From a virus: a DNA stretch of 55,794 bases. Shown one piece after another: positions 34,099-42,523 of the stretch; within the stretch, counting starts at the first letter, position 1, and each line of letters begins with the position of its first letter. The DNA is taken from the IMG/VR virus record IMGVR_UViG_3300045988_029329, positions 1-55,794 of that record; one strand, given 5' to 3'. A program made the position numbers and the translations under genes. The notes below the pieces were generated by a model. The model was not told the origin of the DNA and did no database searches. It worked only from the letters and a program-made list of their open reading frames with translations.

Positions 34099-34545
34099 TC
34101 GCAATGGCACAGCTTTTCAATGAAAGGCGAAGCAATGGCAAGCTGTGGATTTGAACCGCGCATCAAAGGCAATGCAAAGGATTGAACAGATACGCAATGG
34201 AATTGCATAGACACGATATGATTCGCTCCGCAACGGCACAGCTCGGAATTGCTGATAATAGCATGGCTATGGCACGGCCTTGAGACGTGGCGCAAAGGCA
34301 AGGCATGGAGCAGAAGCGAGTCGCAACGGCAAGGCAGGGAATTGACAGGCGATGCAATGGCACAGCGAAGAAACGCAACGTAAAACAAAGGCGTTGAGAA
34401 GTAGCGCATCGCGAAGGCTATGGATGCAAGGCGTAGCTTTGATAAGCAAAGGCATCGAACGGCGGCGACGTGCGATGCAATGGCAAAGAATAGAACCAAT
34501 AGGCTAAGGCATTGAGTAGCTAGGAGCAGAACAGCAACGGCAAAA
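34097..34545. repeat. degenerate tandem array of about 14-16 units headed by GCAAYGGCA, commonly 31-nt period, non-coding
   Basis: Exact GCAA[TC]GGCA at 34101, 34132, 34230, 34323, 34354, 34477 and 34534, plus degenerate copies. Many units also carry GGAATTGA or TTGAG. Confidence 0.75.
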
Positions 34546-34560
34546 ATGAAAGGAGACAAG

Positions 34561-34770
34561 ATGAAAGCATTTATTGAAGTTGCCCTGATGTGGGGCATAG
34601 CGCTGGCGGTGGTTTTTGCGGTATTTCTGCTGAACTTCTGGATGGTGCATCACATCGGAATTCTGGTAGGAGCATCAGCTGCCCGTGGAATCATCACGGT
34701 ATCTGTGGCGATGGCTACGGCATGGATACTGAGTTTTGGAGGTAATAAGAGTGAAAAGCCTGAAAGCTAA
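34561..34770 (+). CDS. small multi-TM membrane protein
   Basis: AAGGAG RBS. 69 aa, hydrophobic. Confidence 0.45.
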   Translation: MKAFIEVALMWGIALAVVFAVFLLNFWMVHHIGILVGASAARGIITVSVAMATAWILSFGGNKSEKPES

Positions 34771-35041
34771 TGTCCTTTGCACGCTTGGAATCGCGTTAGC
34801 AATCTTTTCGGTAGGATGCGGCGACGCAATCCAGAAAAGCCAAAGCGTGGTAGCAATGTTTGGATACGTTTTCCTTTCGTGTAGCTTCCTCGCCGCAGCA
34901 CTCGTCTTGTGTGCCATTGGGGTCAGCTCTGAAAATGAACGTATTGAACAGAAAAATCGCAAAGTAAAACGCATTCCTCACCACACCAACGAGTGGAACA
35001 CAAACGAGTGGAACACAAACGAGTGGAGAGATGCACGATGA
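34751..35041 (+). CDS. membrane/lipoprotein-like protein with TNEWN x3 repeat
   Basis: GGAGG RBS with a GTG start. LAIFSVGCG is lipobox-like. Has a second TM segment and the C-terminus HHTNEWNTNEWNTNEW. Confidence 0.4.
   Translation: MKSLKANVLCTLGIALAIFSVGCGDAIQKSQSVVAMFGYVFLSCSFLAAALVLCAIGVSSENERIEQKNRKVKRIPHHTNEWNTNEWNTNEWRDAR
34985..35029 (+). repeat. 15-bp x3 tandem repeat (ACAAACGAGTGGAAC)
   Basis: Three consecutive near-identical 15-mers inside the CDS. Confidence 0.85.
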
Positions 35042-35232
35042 AATGCCCGATGTGCGGTAGTGATAACATTGCAACGGTTGACAGCCGGTCTAACAACGAC
35101 AGCATCGTTCGCAGAAAAAAGTGCCTTGTCTGTAACCATCGCTGGACGACCATCGAAATCGACAAAGACCAGTGGTATAGCGCACTGCAAATCAAAGAGG
35201 AACGTAAGAAGGGGAGACCAAAAGATGATTAA
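35038..35232 (+). CDS. NrdR-like zinc-ribbon protein (no ATP-cone)
   Basis: MKCPMCGSDNIATVDSR...RRKKCLVCNHRWTTIE resembles the NrdR N-terminus. Confidence 0.45.
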   Translation: MKCPMCGSDNIATVDSRSNNDSIVRRKKCLVCNHRWTTIEIDKDQWYSALQIKEERKKGRPKDD

Positions 35233-35419
35233 CCTTGACAGATTCGGTGGTGTGACCGAACCGGAGGACGGCGTGTATTTCCTAACCCGTGAGCAGGAAG
35301 CAGAAGCCAAAGAAGCTGACCGGCTGGCAGCGATTGAGGACTTGCAGTCTGAGATTGAGGACAGGGAAGCAGAGCTGAAAGACCTCCGTGCGCAGTTGGC
35401 AGAACTGATGGCTGGTTGA
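35225..35419 (+). CDS. hypothetical coiled-coil protein
   Basis: 64 aa, acidic and helical. Confidence 0.35.
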   Translation: MINLDRFGGVTEPEDGVYFLTREQEAEAKEADRLAAIEDLQSEIEDREAELKDLRAQLAELMAG

Positions 35420-35453
35420 TTTTATACAGCCAAGTTAAGCCGAAGTAAGAATA

Positions 35454-36095
35454 ATGAAGCCTAATGAAGCCGAAGAAAGGAAACGTATGGATAACAGCAA
35501 AATCCATGAAGCTCTGATGGCTGTTCAATCAGAGTTGAAAGCCCCGAAGGGGCAGATGAACACATTTGGTGGTTACAAGTATCGCTCTTGTGAGGACATT
35601 TTGGAAGCAGTCAAGCCAATTTTGAAAGAACACGGTTTGCTTCTTACCCTTTCTGATGAACCTAAAGTGTTAGAGGGGTGGCATTACATCGAAGCGACCG
35701 CAAAGGTGGAAACTCTGGATGGTGGATGCGTAACTGTTACTGCTTACGCAAGAGAACCGGAGCAAAAAACCAAGATGGATGCAGCGCAGGTGACTGGAAC
35801 GTCTAGCAGCTACGCTAGAAAGTACGCTCTGAATGGTCTGTTCTGCATTGACGATACGAAGGACGCTGACACGGACGAGTACCAGAAGCAGACCACAAGC
35901 AGGGCAAACAAGCCTGTCCAAAAGCAAGCGGGAGCAGAAAATATTCCTCCGTGCGCTTGTTGTGGAAAACAGTTGCAGCCTGTCCAGTACAACAATCGAA
36001 CTGTATCACCGCTGGAAACTGCAAGAAGCACAAAGAAACGCTTTGGGCGTGTCCTGTGTTGGGACTGTGCTCAGAAACAGCCGAAGGAGGGCTAA
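35454..36095 (+). CDS. erf: ERF-family single-strand annealing protein
   Basis: GGYKYRSCEDILEAVKPILKEHGL ... GTSSSYARKYALNGLFCIDDTKDAD. Has a C-terminal CxxC..CxxC. Confidence 0.7.
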   Translation: MKPNEAEERKRMDNSKIHEALMAVQSELKAPKGQMNTFGGYKYRSCEDILEAVKPILKEHGLLLTLSDEPKVLEGWHYIEATAKVETLDGGCVTVTAYAREPEQKTKMDAAQVTGTSSSYARKYALNGLFCIDDTKDADTDEYQKQTTSRANKPVQKQAGAENIPPCACCGKQLQPVQYNNRTVSPLETARSTKKRFGRVLCWDCAQKQPKEG

Positions 36096-36098
36096 ACA

Positions 36099-36515
36099 AT
36101 GCTTAACTCTATCGCAATTCAGGGGCGTCTGGTTCACACGCCTGAAGCTAAGGTCACGAAGTCTGGCAAGGATGTTTGCACGTTTAGCATTGCCTGCGAC
36201 CGTCAGAGTGGCGGTCAGAAGGAAACCGACTTCTTCAACTGCACCGCATTTGGTAATACGGCACTGTTCGTTTCCAAGTGGTTCCAGAAGGGCAGTCTGA
36301 TTCTGGTGACTGGCAGCATCCAGACCCGGAAGTATACCGACAAGCAGGGGAACAACCGCACCGCAACGGAAATCATGGCGAACAAGGTTGACTTTTGCGG
36401 TGGCAAGTCTGACAGCAAGCCAGCCGATCGGGCGCAGGGTGCCCCGCAAAATTACTCTCAGGGCAACACGGATGACTTCTCTGTGATTGACGATGATGGT
36501 TCGTTGCCCTTCTGA
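36099..36515 (+). CDS. ssb: single-stranded DNA-binding protein
   Basis: OB-fold pattern MLNSIAIQGRLVHTPE...TDFFNCTAFG..LILVTGSIQTRKY. Acidic tail DDDGSLPF. Confidence 0.85.
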   Translation: MLNSIAIQGRLVHTPEAKVTKSGKDVCTFSIACDRQSGGQKETDFFNCTAFGNTALFVSKWFQKGSLILVTGSIQTRKYTDKQGNNRTATEIMANKVDFCGGKSDSKPADRAQGAPQNYSQGNTDDFSVIDDDGSLPF

Positions 36516-37121
36516 TTGGAGATGCGCATGAATCGGGAAGAAAAAACGCATTGGACGCAAGATAAAATCTTGCTGTATGTGAAAGCCTGTATGTCTGCCA
36601 CTGGTTTAACCAGAATGCCATCAAGAAGTGAATTGAGCGAGTATTACGGAAACGACAAGTTGACAAATGCAATTTGCCGTTTTCCGGGTGGCTATTACAA
36701 AATAGCTGAAATCCTTAATATCGAAATGAAAGAAAGCGAAACGCAATTCGGAAAGTATGGCGAAGACCTTGCTACAAAACTGCTGGAAGAACATGGATTT
36801 GCGGTTGAGCGAATGTCAACTAGATACGCCTATGACCTTTATGTTAATGGCAGCGTTAAGGTTGATGTGAAAACGGCAAGGCCGAGCAGAGCAAATAAGA
36901 GTTTTTGCTATTCGTTTAATCTTGAAAAACGATTCCCTACTTGCGATGTTTATTTTCTGATTGCAAAAAACGAAGAGAAGGAAAGCATTTATATAGTTCC
37001 TGCTTCCATCAACCAGACGCAGATTGGTCTTGGAACTGGAACGACTGTGTACAGCAAATATCAAGACCGATATGACATTATCACTGATATGAGCAAGGCT
37101 TTCGCTTCGGCAAAGTCCTGA
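36516..37121 (+). CDS. PD-(D/E)xK-type nuclease-like protein
   Basis: YAYDLYVNGSVKVDVKTAR fits D...(D/E)xK. An N-terminal helical domain is present. The start is uncertain (TTG 36516, ATG 36522 or ATG 36528). Confidence 0.4.
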   Translation: MEMRMNREEKTHWTQDKILLYVKACMSATGLTRMPSRSELSEYYGNDKLTNAICRFPGGYYKIAEILNIEMKESETQFGKYGEDLATKLLEEHGFAVERMSTRYAYDLYVNGSVKVDVKTARPSRANKSFCYSFNLEKRFPTCDVYFLIAKNEEKESIYIVPASINQTQIGLGTGTTVYSKYQDRYDIITDMSKAFASAKS

Positions 37122-37174
37122 CCGCCTACCTTATATAAGAGCTGCGCTATCTGGCTGTACGGGCGTTTGGAAAG

Positions 37175-38452
37175 ATGAAGCACTTGGGCGACATTACAAA
37201 GATTCACGGCGACCAGATAGAACCTGTGGATTGTATCACGTTTGGCAGTCCTTGTCAGGGCTTGTCTATGGCGGGGAAAAGGCTTGGATTTGACGACGAC
37301 CGTTCCGTGTTGTTTTTGGATGCCGCAAGAATTATTAAGGAAATGAGGACAGCCACCAATGGAATGTATCCAACTTTCGCTGTTTGGGAAAACGTGCCAG
37401 GAGCATTCAGTTCCAACGGAGGAGAAGATTTCAGAGCCGTGCTGGAAGAACTTGCCCGCGTGGAGCAACCAAACGCTGTTATTCCTGGACCTCCGAGGGG
37501 GGGCAGATGGAGCAAAGCTGGAGCAATCGCTGGAAACGGATGGTCTTTGGCGTGGAGACAGCTGGACAGTCAATATTGGGGAGTCCCCCAACGCCGTAAA
37601 AGAATCGCTCTTGTCGCAGATTTTGGAGGACAACGTGCCTCAGAAATTCTATTTGAGCGCACGAGCATGTCAGGGAATTCTTGTGAGAGCATCACGGCGT
37701 GGGAAGCCACTCCCGGACATTCTCAGGCAAGCTCTTATGGACGTGATAGGGGGGGCAATTCCTACACCCTGAAAATCCGTAGTGGATGCGCCGGTGGTGG
37801 TAAAGGTGCGCTGGTACAAACCGAAAAAAGCGCAACGCTTTCAACACTCCAAGACCAGACATTGTTTCAGCCTGTTGTTTATGATGCTCGTGGAAACGGC
37901 GATGGCAGAACTTGTCCAACCATAACAGGAGACCACGAAAACAGAATCACAGACTACACGGCTATTGCTATCGAACGCAAGACCTTTAACGAACAGTCTT
38001 TCAGTCACTACAAGGAAAGCGAAAAATGCTCAACTTTGAAAGCGAAAGCAGGGAACATTGGCAACGGTAGCGAGTGTCTGGTTGCAGAGAAAACCATCCG
38101 TTGGATTGTTCGCCGCCTGACCCCTGTTGAATGCGAACGTCTGCAAGGCTACCCGGACGGGTGGACAGACATCGGCGAGTGGATAGACACAAAAGGCAAG
38201 AAACACAAGTACGCTGACAGCCCACGATACAAGGCTCTGGGCAACTCCATAGCCTTGCCGCAGTGGTTTTGGTTGGTGCAGAAGATGCGCCCTTGCCTGA
38301 AAGAAAAGCCCACTTTGGGCAGCCTGTTCGATGGTCTAGGCGGTTTCCCTCTGGTCTGGCAAAGAGCATACGGAGAGGGTACTGCACGCTGGGCAAGTGA
38401 AATCGAAGAGTTCCCGATGGCTGTAACAAAAAGGAGATTTGGTGAAGAATGA
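37175..38452 (+). CDS. DNA cytosine-5 methyltransferase, circularly permuted (motif I at the C-terminus)
   Basis: Motif order is IV FGSPCQGLS, VI WENVPG, VIII QRRKRIALV, IX RRLTPVECERLQGYPDGWT, X ALGNSIALP, then I SLFDGLGGF + ASEIEE at the C-terminal end. Confidence 0.75.
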   Translation: MKHLGDITKIHGDQIEPVDCITFGSPCQGLSMAGKRLGFDDDRSVLFLDAARIIKEMRTATNGMYPTFAVWENVPGAFSSNGGEDFRAVLEELARVEQPNAVIPGPPRGGRWSKAGAIAGNGWSLAWRQLDSQYWGVPQRRKRIALVADFGGQRASEILFERTSMSGNSCESITAWEATPGHSQASSYGRDRGGNSYTLKIRSGCAGGGKGALVQTEKSATLSTLQDQTLFQPVVYDARGNGDGRTCPTITGDHENRITDYTAIAIERKTFNEQSFSHYKESEKCSTLKAKAGNIGNGSECLVAEKTIRWIVRRLTPVECERLQGYPDGWTDIGEWIDTKGKKHKYADSPRYKALGNSIALPQWFWLVQKMRPCLKEKPTLGSLFDGLGGFPLVWQRAYGEGTARWASEIEEFPMAVTKRRFGEE

Positions 38453-38667
38453 TTACCTGTTGTCTCAACTGCACATCACGCTGCACAGCCTGCCACGACA
38501 CTTGCGAGAAGTACGAGGCAGAGAAGAAAGACTTCGAGGAGCGCAAGGCGTTCGTGCATGAGCTGAACCACAGCCAGAGCGTGTACCACCGTGATTATGA
38601 GGACAAGCACCGGGAGCGTGGCAAGAAACGGTTTCTCGGAAGTGAATTTAGAGGTGAAAGAGGATGA
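38449..38667 (+). CDS. Cys-rich small protein
   Basis: 72 aa. CCLNCTSRCTACHDTC. Confidence 0.4.
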   Translation: MITCCLNCTSRCTACHDTCEKYEAEKKDFEERKAFVHELNHSQSVYHRDYEDKHRERGKKRFLGSEFRGERG

Positions 38668-39032
38668 GACTTGTTGACGTAGAACCGTTTATTGAAGCGT
38701 GGAAGAAAAGCGGGAACGATAAAAAAGACAAAGCTAAGACGCTTATGAACAGCGGAATTTACTCTGAATACGATAAAGGCGTTGCCCTTGACTGCGCCGC
38801 TGACCTTGTTTTGGCACTTGCCGAACAGCTTGAAAACGCTCCATCAACTGCATGGACAAGTGTAAAGGACAAACAACCGGAAGAAGATGGAATTTATCTT
38901 GCCGTTTACGATTTTTGGAACTGGGAAAATATGATTGCAACAAGGGAGTTTGTAAACGGAAAGTGGGTTGACAATAAAAACCCAGTCAAGTTCTGGATGC
39001 TGATTCCTAAAATTCCGGGAGACAACGTATGA
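38664..39032 (+). CDS. DUF551-like protein
   Basis: WTSVKDKQPEEDGIYLAV ... FWMLIPKIP. Confidence 0.45.
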   Translation: MRLVDVEPFIEAWKKSGNDKKDKAKTLMNSGIYSEYDKGVALDCAADLVLALAEQLENAPSTAWTSVKDKQPEEDGIYLAVYDFWNWENMIATREFVNGKWVDNKNPVKFWMLIPKIPGDNV

Positions 39033-39559
39033 ACACCGGCAAGCAGTTCGAAGCAGACTTCAAGGCATCTGTTCCACCCGATGCGTGGTGCTACCGGCTG
39101 AAGGACAGCGCTGCTACCTATTACGGCGGCAACGAGAACCTGTCCTTCTCCATCGACAACATCTGCGACTTCCTTGTGTACCGTTACCCGATGAACCACC
39201 TATTTGAGCTGAAAACCATTGAAACGCCCTCTATCCCTCTGGAAAAGGTGTTCGGAAAGTACGACAAGGCAAAGTGCAAATACCGCAAGGAAAAGCACAT
39301 CACAGACATGGTGGATGCAATGGGGTACAGCGGTCAGACCGCCCATGTGATAGTCAATTACCGGGCGGTCAACCGCACCTTTGCAATCCCTGCCAGCAAA
39401 GTTCTGGCGTTCCGTTACAACGAGAGCCGCAAAAGCATCCCTTGGCAGTGGGCAGAGCGAGAGGGGATAGAGGTCAAAGCAAAAAGGTTGCGTGTCCATT
39501 GGCGGTATGACGTGGATGGGCTGCTAAAGAGATTGGAGAAAGAAAATGCAACTGCCTGA
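39029..39559 (+). CDS. RecU-like Holliday junction resolvase
   Basis: GKQFEADFKAS ... DFLVY ... LFELKT pattern. 176 aa. Confidence 0.5.
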   Translation: MNTGKQFEADFKASVPPDAWCYRLKDSAATYYGGNENLSFSIDNICDFLVYRYPMNHLFELKTIETPSIPLEKVFGKYDKAKCKYRKEKHITDMVDAMGYSGQTAHVIVNYRAVNRTFAIPASKVLAFRYNESRKSIPWQWAEREGIEVKAKRLRVHWRYDVDGLLKRLEKENATA

Positions 39560-39782
39560 AAAACAAGAATTGGTAAGGCTTCTGGGGCTGTACCAAAGCG
39601 AACTTCTTATGGAGAACGAAGAAAACCTTAGAAAGAAAATGAGAAGCAATGAAAGCCCGAAGAAGGTTGTCACAGATTATTCATACGGCGTAAAAGCTCA
39701 GTATGAACACGCAAGAATCATCATCAAAAAACTTTCGGTTGAAATCGGAAAAGAACTCAAGGCTAGTTGGGAGTTGTGGTGA
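39546..39782 (+). CDS. hypothetical protein
   Basis: 78 aa. Confidence 0.35.
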   Translation: MQLPEKQELVRLLGLYQSELLMENEENLRKKMRSNESPKKVVTDYSYGVKAQYEHARIIIKKLSVEIGKELKASWELW

Positions 39783-39784
39783 AA

Positions 39785-40000
39785 ATGACAATGGTTTGCG
39801 ATAGGTGCGGCGATTGCTTCTATTGGTACGAGGAAATAGATTCCAAAGAAAATGAACCACTGTACGGAAATTCGGTTCAACGAACAATCATTGATGAGCG
39901 ATATGTTCCTCTTAATTGGATTCCTGATGTAACTCCAATTGTCCTTTGCCCCTCTTGCATGGCAAAGCTGAACGACTGGCTGAAAGGAGAACAGAAGTGA
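39785..40000 (+). CDS. zinc-ribbon protein
   Basis: CDRCGDC ... CPSC. Confidence 0.35.
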   Translation: MTMVCDRCGDCFYWYEEIDSKENEPLYGNSVQRTIIDERYVPLNWIPDVTPIVLCPSCMAKLNDWLKGEQK

Positions 40001-40305
40001 GTAAGAAAATTTCAGACATTCTGCCCAAGACCGAAATCTTGGCGCAGTTGGCAGAAGAAGCATCCGAACTGGCACAGGCTGCGTTGAAGCTGCGCCGTGC
40101 GCTGGATGGGACGAACCCGACACCGAAGAGCGTAGAGGAATGCCGAAAGGCGTTTGAAGAGGAATACGCAGATGTTATGGTGTGCATGGTTGCGCTTGGT
40201 GCTTCGGGTGACGGAAAAGCGCATGAGCGAATTGGAATTATTGCAAGCGAAAAATACTACCGTTGGCTCCATCGCCTTCAAGACAAGGAGCAGTCAGATG
40301 AATAA
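39997..40305 (+). CDS. MazG-like nucleotide pyrophosphohydrolase
   Basis: GTGA overlap start. LAEEASELAQAAL ... EEEYADVMVCM is an EExxE...ExxD-type helix pair. Confidence 0.4.
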   Translation: MSKKISDILPKTEILAQLAEEASELAQAALKLRRALDGTNPTPKSVEECRKAFEEEYADVMVCMVALGASGDGKAHERIGIIASEKYYRWLHRLQDKEQSDE

Positions 40306-40621
40306 GCGCAGAAACCGTCCCTCGTCTAGCAAACAGGCAATGTCAGCCAACCTCCGCAAAATCGCACGGCAGAACCAGTTGTACGGATTCCGCATGGCTT
40401 TGGATGGCATCGCCGCCACATGGGGCGCACTGATTCAGAACCTTCGGTGCGATGCAGACCTGACCGATGAACAGGTGCAGAAAATCATCCGCATCGGTGA
40501 CAGGTACTGGGAGATGGTTGGGCAGTTCAAGAACGAGGATATGACACCTGACGAGTTTGCGGATTACATCACCGCAAAGTCAGAACAGGTCGAAAAAGAA
40601 CTGAGGGAAAGGTGGAGCTGA
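40298..40621 (+). CDS. hypothetical protein
   Basis: 107 aa. Confidence 0.4.
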   Translation: MNKRRNRPSSSKQAMSANLRKIARQNQLYGFRMALDGIAATWGALIQNLRCDADLTDEQVQKIIRIGDRYWEMVGQFKNEDMTPDEFADYITAKSEQVEKELRERWS

Positions 40622-40845
40622 TGGCACTGTTGAATAGCGAAGAAGTTGACGATACGTTATCCATGAGGATAAGCGATGATATTCGGAGGAGCATAAAATT
40701 CTCTTGCGATTTGTGTGGAACGGATATAGATGTCCTCGACACTCGATTTGCAACGATGATAGCAAATAAAGTATGGAACAAAATTGTTCCTGAATGCCCG
40801 ATTTGCGGGAAGAAAATGATTATTAACAGTTGGGAGGCATTCTGA
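40621..40845 (+). CDS. zinc-ribbon protein
   Basis: CDLCG ... CPICG. Confidence 0.35.
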   Translation: MALLNSEEVDDTLSMRISDDIRRSIKFSCDLCGTDIDVLDTRFATMIANKVWNKIVPECPICGKKMIINSWEAF

Positions 40846-40846
40846 A

Positions 40847-41029
40847 ATGTTTGAATTTGTAACCCGCTGGCTGGTCTGCCTAGTCCTGCTGGCGGTAGTA
40901 GTTCAGTCTGAACGGACAATCAAAGATATGACGAACAGCCTGTTTGAGGAACGTCAGGCAATGCTCGTCTGGCTGTTCGTCAACGTGTGTCTGGTCGTTT
41001 GTACGGCTGTTGCGATAGGGTGGAAGTAA
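40847..41029 (+). CDS. small membrane protein
   Basis: 60 aa with two hydrophobic segments. Confidence 0.35.
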   Translation: MFEFVTRWLVCLVLLAVVVQSERTIKDMTNSLFEERQAMLVWLFVNVCLVVCTAVAIGWK

Positions 41030-41031
41030 AT

Positions 41032-41268
41032 ATGGAAATTAAATCAATAAATGATATTCTAATGCCGTTTAGCGACATTGATGTTGCGGAAGCGTTTTAT
41101 CATCATTCGGAACTTTACATGAAAACAGAGAACGTTTCAACTACGATAACAAGCGGAAATTTTGCTACGCTGGTTTATAACGCTGTAAATTTAAAAAACG
41201 GTTCGTTCAAAAGTTTTGCCGATTTAGAAAACGTTCAAAGAGCTAAAGTGCATATTGAGAGAGAGTAA
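41032..41268 (+). CDS. hypothetical protein
   Basis: 78 aa. AT-richer than its neighbours. Confidence 0.35.
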   Translation: MEIKSINDILMPFSDIDVAEAFYHHSELYMKTENVSTTITSGNFATLVYNAVNLKNGSFKSFADLENVQRAKVHIERE

Positions 41269-41271
41269 CCA

Positions 41272-41436
41272 ATGGAAAACGAACTTTACTGCCCGATGAA
41301 GATGACCAGCAATCCGCTTGGTCGGTGCGTATGCGAGAAAGAAAAGTGCGCTTGGTGGCGGCAGTGGGACAACTGCTGCTCCATCTTGTGGATTGCACGG
41401 GAACTGAGAAACATCGAAACGAAAATGAAGAGGTGA
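41272..41436 (+). CDS. Cys-rich small protein (54 aa)
   Basis: MENELYCPMKM..CVCEKEKCAWW..CC. Below the ORF-track cutoff. Confidence 0.3.
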   Translation: MENELYCPMKMTSNPLGRCVCEKEKCAWWRQWDNCCSILWIARELRNIETKMKR

Positions 41437-41440
41437 GAGC

Positions 41441-41764
41441 GTGAAAAAGCGAATTTACCTTATTCTCGAAACCGAAGCGGACGAGGATGACAAGAGCATC
41501 CGAAGCGATATTGAGCAAGAACTTGGAATGGCTACGCACTATTTTGAAACGGTTTCTTATAGCGAGAACGGTTTTCCTGACAAATGGATTAGCGTCAAGG
41601 ATAGGCAACCAAAACACCATACTCCAGTTCTTGCATTTTGCGACAACGGCGATATGATTTTTGGCTTCATGGACTTTTACGAAAATTGGGCAGAAGTCGG
41701 AAGTGAAATTCCATACGCCGTCACCCATTGGATGCCACTTCCTGAACCACCAAAGGAGGTCTGA
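41441..41764 (+). CDS. DUF551-like protein
   Basis: WISVKDRQPKHHTPVLAF ... AVTHWMPLPEPPKE. Confidence 0.5.
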   Translation: MKKRIYLILETEADEDDKSIRSDIEQELGMATHYFETVSYSENGFPDKWISVKDRQPKHHTPVLAFCDNGDMIFGFMDFYENWAEVGSEIPYAVTHWMPLPEPPKEV

Positions 41765-41767
41765 CAC

Positions 41768-42523
41768 ATGGCAACACCCCCGAAGCGTGGTCGTGGCAGA
41801 CCGCCGCTGACCGAAGCTGAAAAGAAAAAGCGTGAGAAGCGAGCGCAAAAGGCGAAAGAAGAAGCCGCTGCGAAGCGTGAGAAAGAGCGAGAGAAGAAAA
41901 AGCAACAGATGCTTAACAAGCGGAAGTCTATCCGCTCACAGGTGAGCAAAAAGGTGAAAGAACAGCAGGAGTTAGCAATCACGAGGTCTAAGATGATGAA
42001 CACAGGCGATTTGCAGTCAAGAATCGGCGATGAAGAGGACAAGAAAGTTGTCGGCATGATTGCGGCAAAGTATTTTGGCGACCTTCCGAGCGTGGATATG
42101 AACAACCCGATTGAAGTGCAGCAACGCCTTGACTTCTTCTTTGACGCTTGCATCGAAGCCAGAATATCCCCTGTGGTGGAATGGATTGCGCTGGTGCTGG
42201 GCATCGAATGGCCTAGCTTGAGACAGATTATGACAGGCAAGCGCCGTGACGACAGCTTGCAGCAGAAGTACATTCTGAAACTTATTCTGCAAATGCAGTC
42301 CATGTGGGCGTACAACGGTATGTACGGTCAGGAGAACCCGGCAGAGTGGATTTTTCGAGCCAAGAACTACTTTGGTATGCGTGACAACGTGGAAGTCACC
42401 GTTGCACCGCCTGAACAACCGTTGGGCGATTCCCAGAGTGCAGAACAGTTGGCTCAGAAGTATCAGACGGCTTTGCCGAAGGAGATTGAAGTGGAGTACA
42501 GAGAGGTGGAAGAACATGACTAA
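41768..42523 (+). CDS. terminase small subunit-like HTH DNA-packaging protein (or other DNA-binding protein)
   Basis: N-terminal AT-hook-like KRGRGRPP plus a basic coil. The core FFFDACIEARISPVVEWIALVLGIEWPSLRQI ... IFRAKNYFGMRD resembles gp3-type TerS. Confidence 0.4.
   Translation: MATPPKRGRGRPPLTEAEKKKREKRAQKAKEEAAAKREKEREKKKQQMLNKRKSIRSQVSKKVKEQQELAITRSKMMNTGDLQSRIGDEEDKKVVGMIAAKYFGDLPSVDMNNPIEVQQRLDFFFDACIEARISPVVEWIALVLGIEWPSLRQIMTGKRRDDSLQQKYILKLILQMQSMWAYNGMYGQENPAEWIFRAKNYFGMRDNVEVTVAPPEQPLGDSQSAEQLAQKYQTALPKEIEVEYREVEEHD

Noticed and set aside
34097-34545. CRISPR array
   Set aside because: Only about 9-13 nt per unit are conserved. The period is about 31 nt instead of about 60-70. 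The units are degenerate and irregular (21-37 nt), and no cas genes are present. Reported as a repeat array instead.
34023-34598. 191-aa minus-strand ORF, and other minus ORFs, across the GCAAYGGCA array
   Set aside because: The translations are repetitive Cys/Ala/Leu nonsense generated by the repeat. The 31-nt period is not a multiple of 3. No RBS is present.
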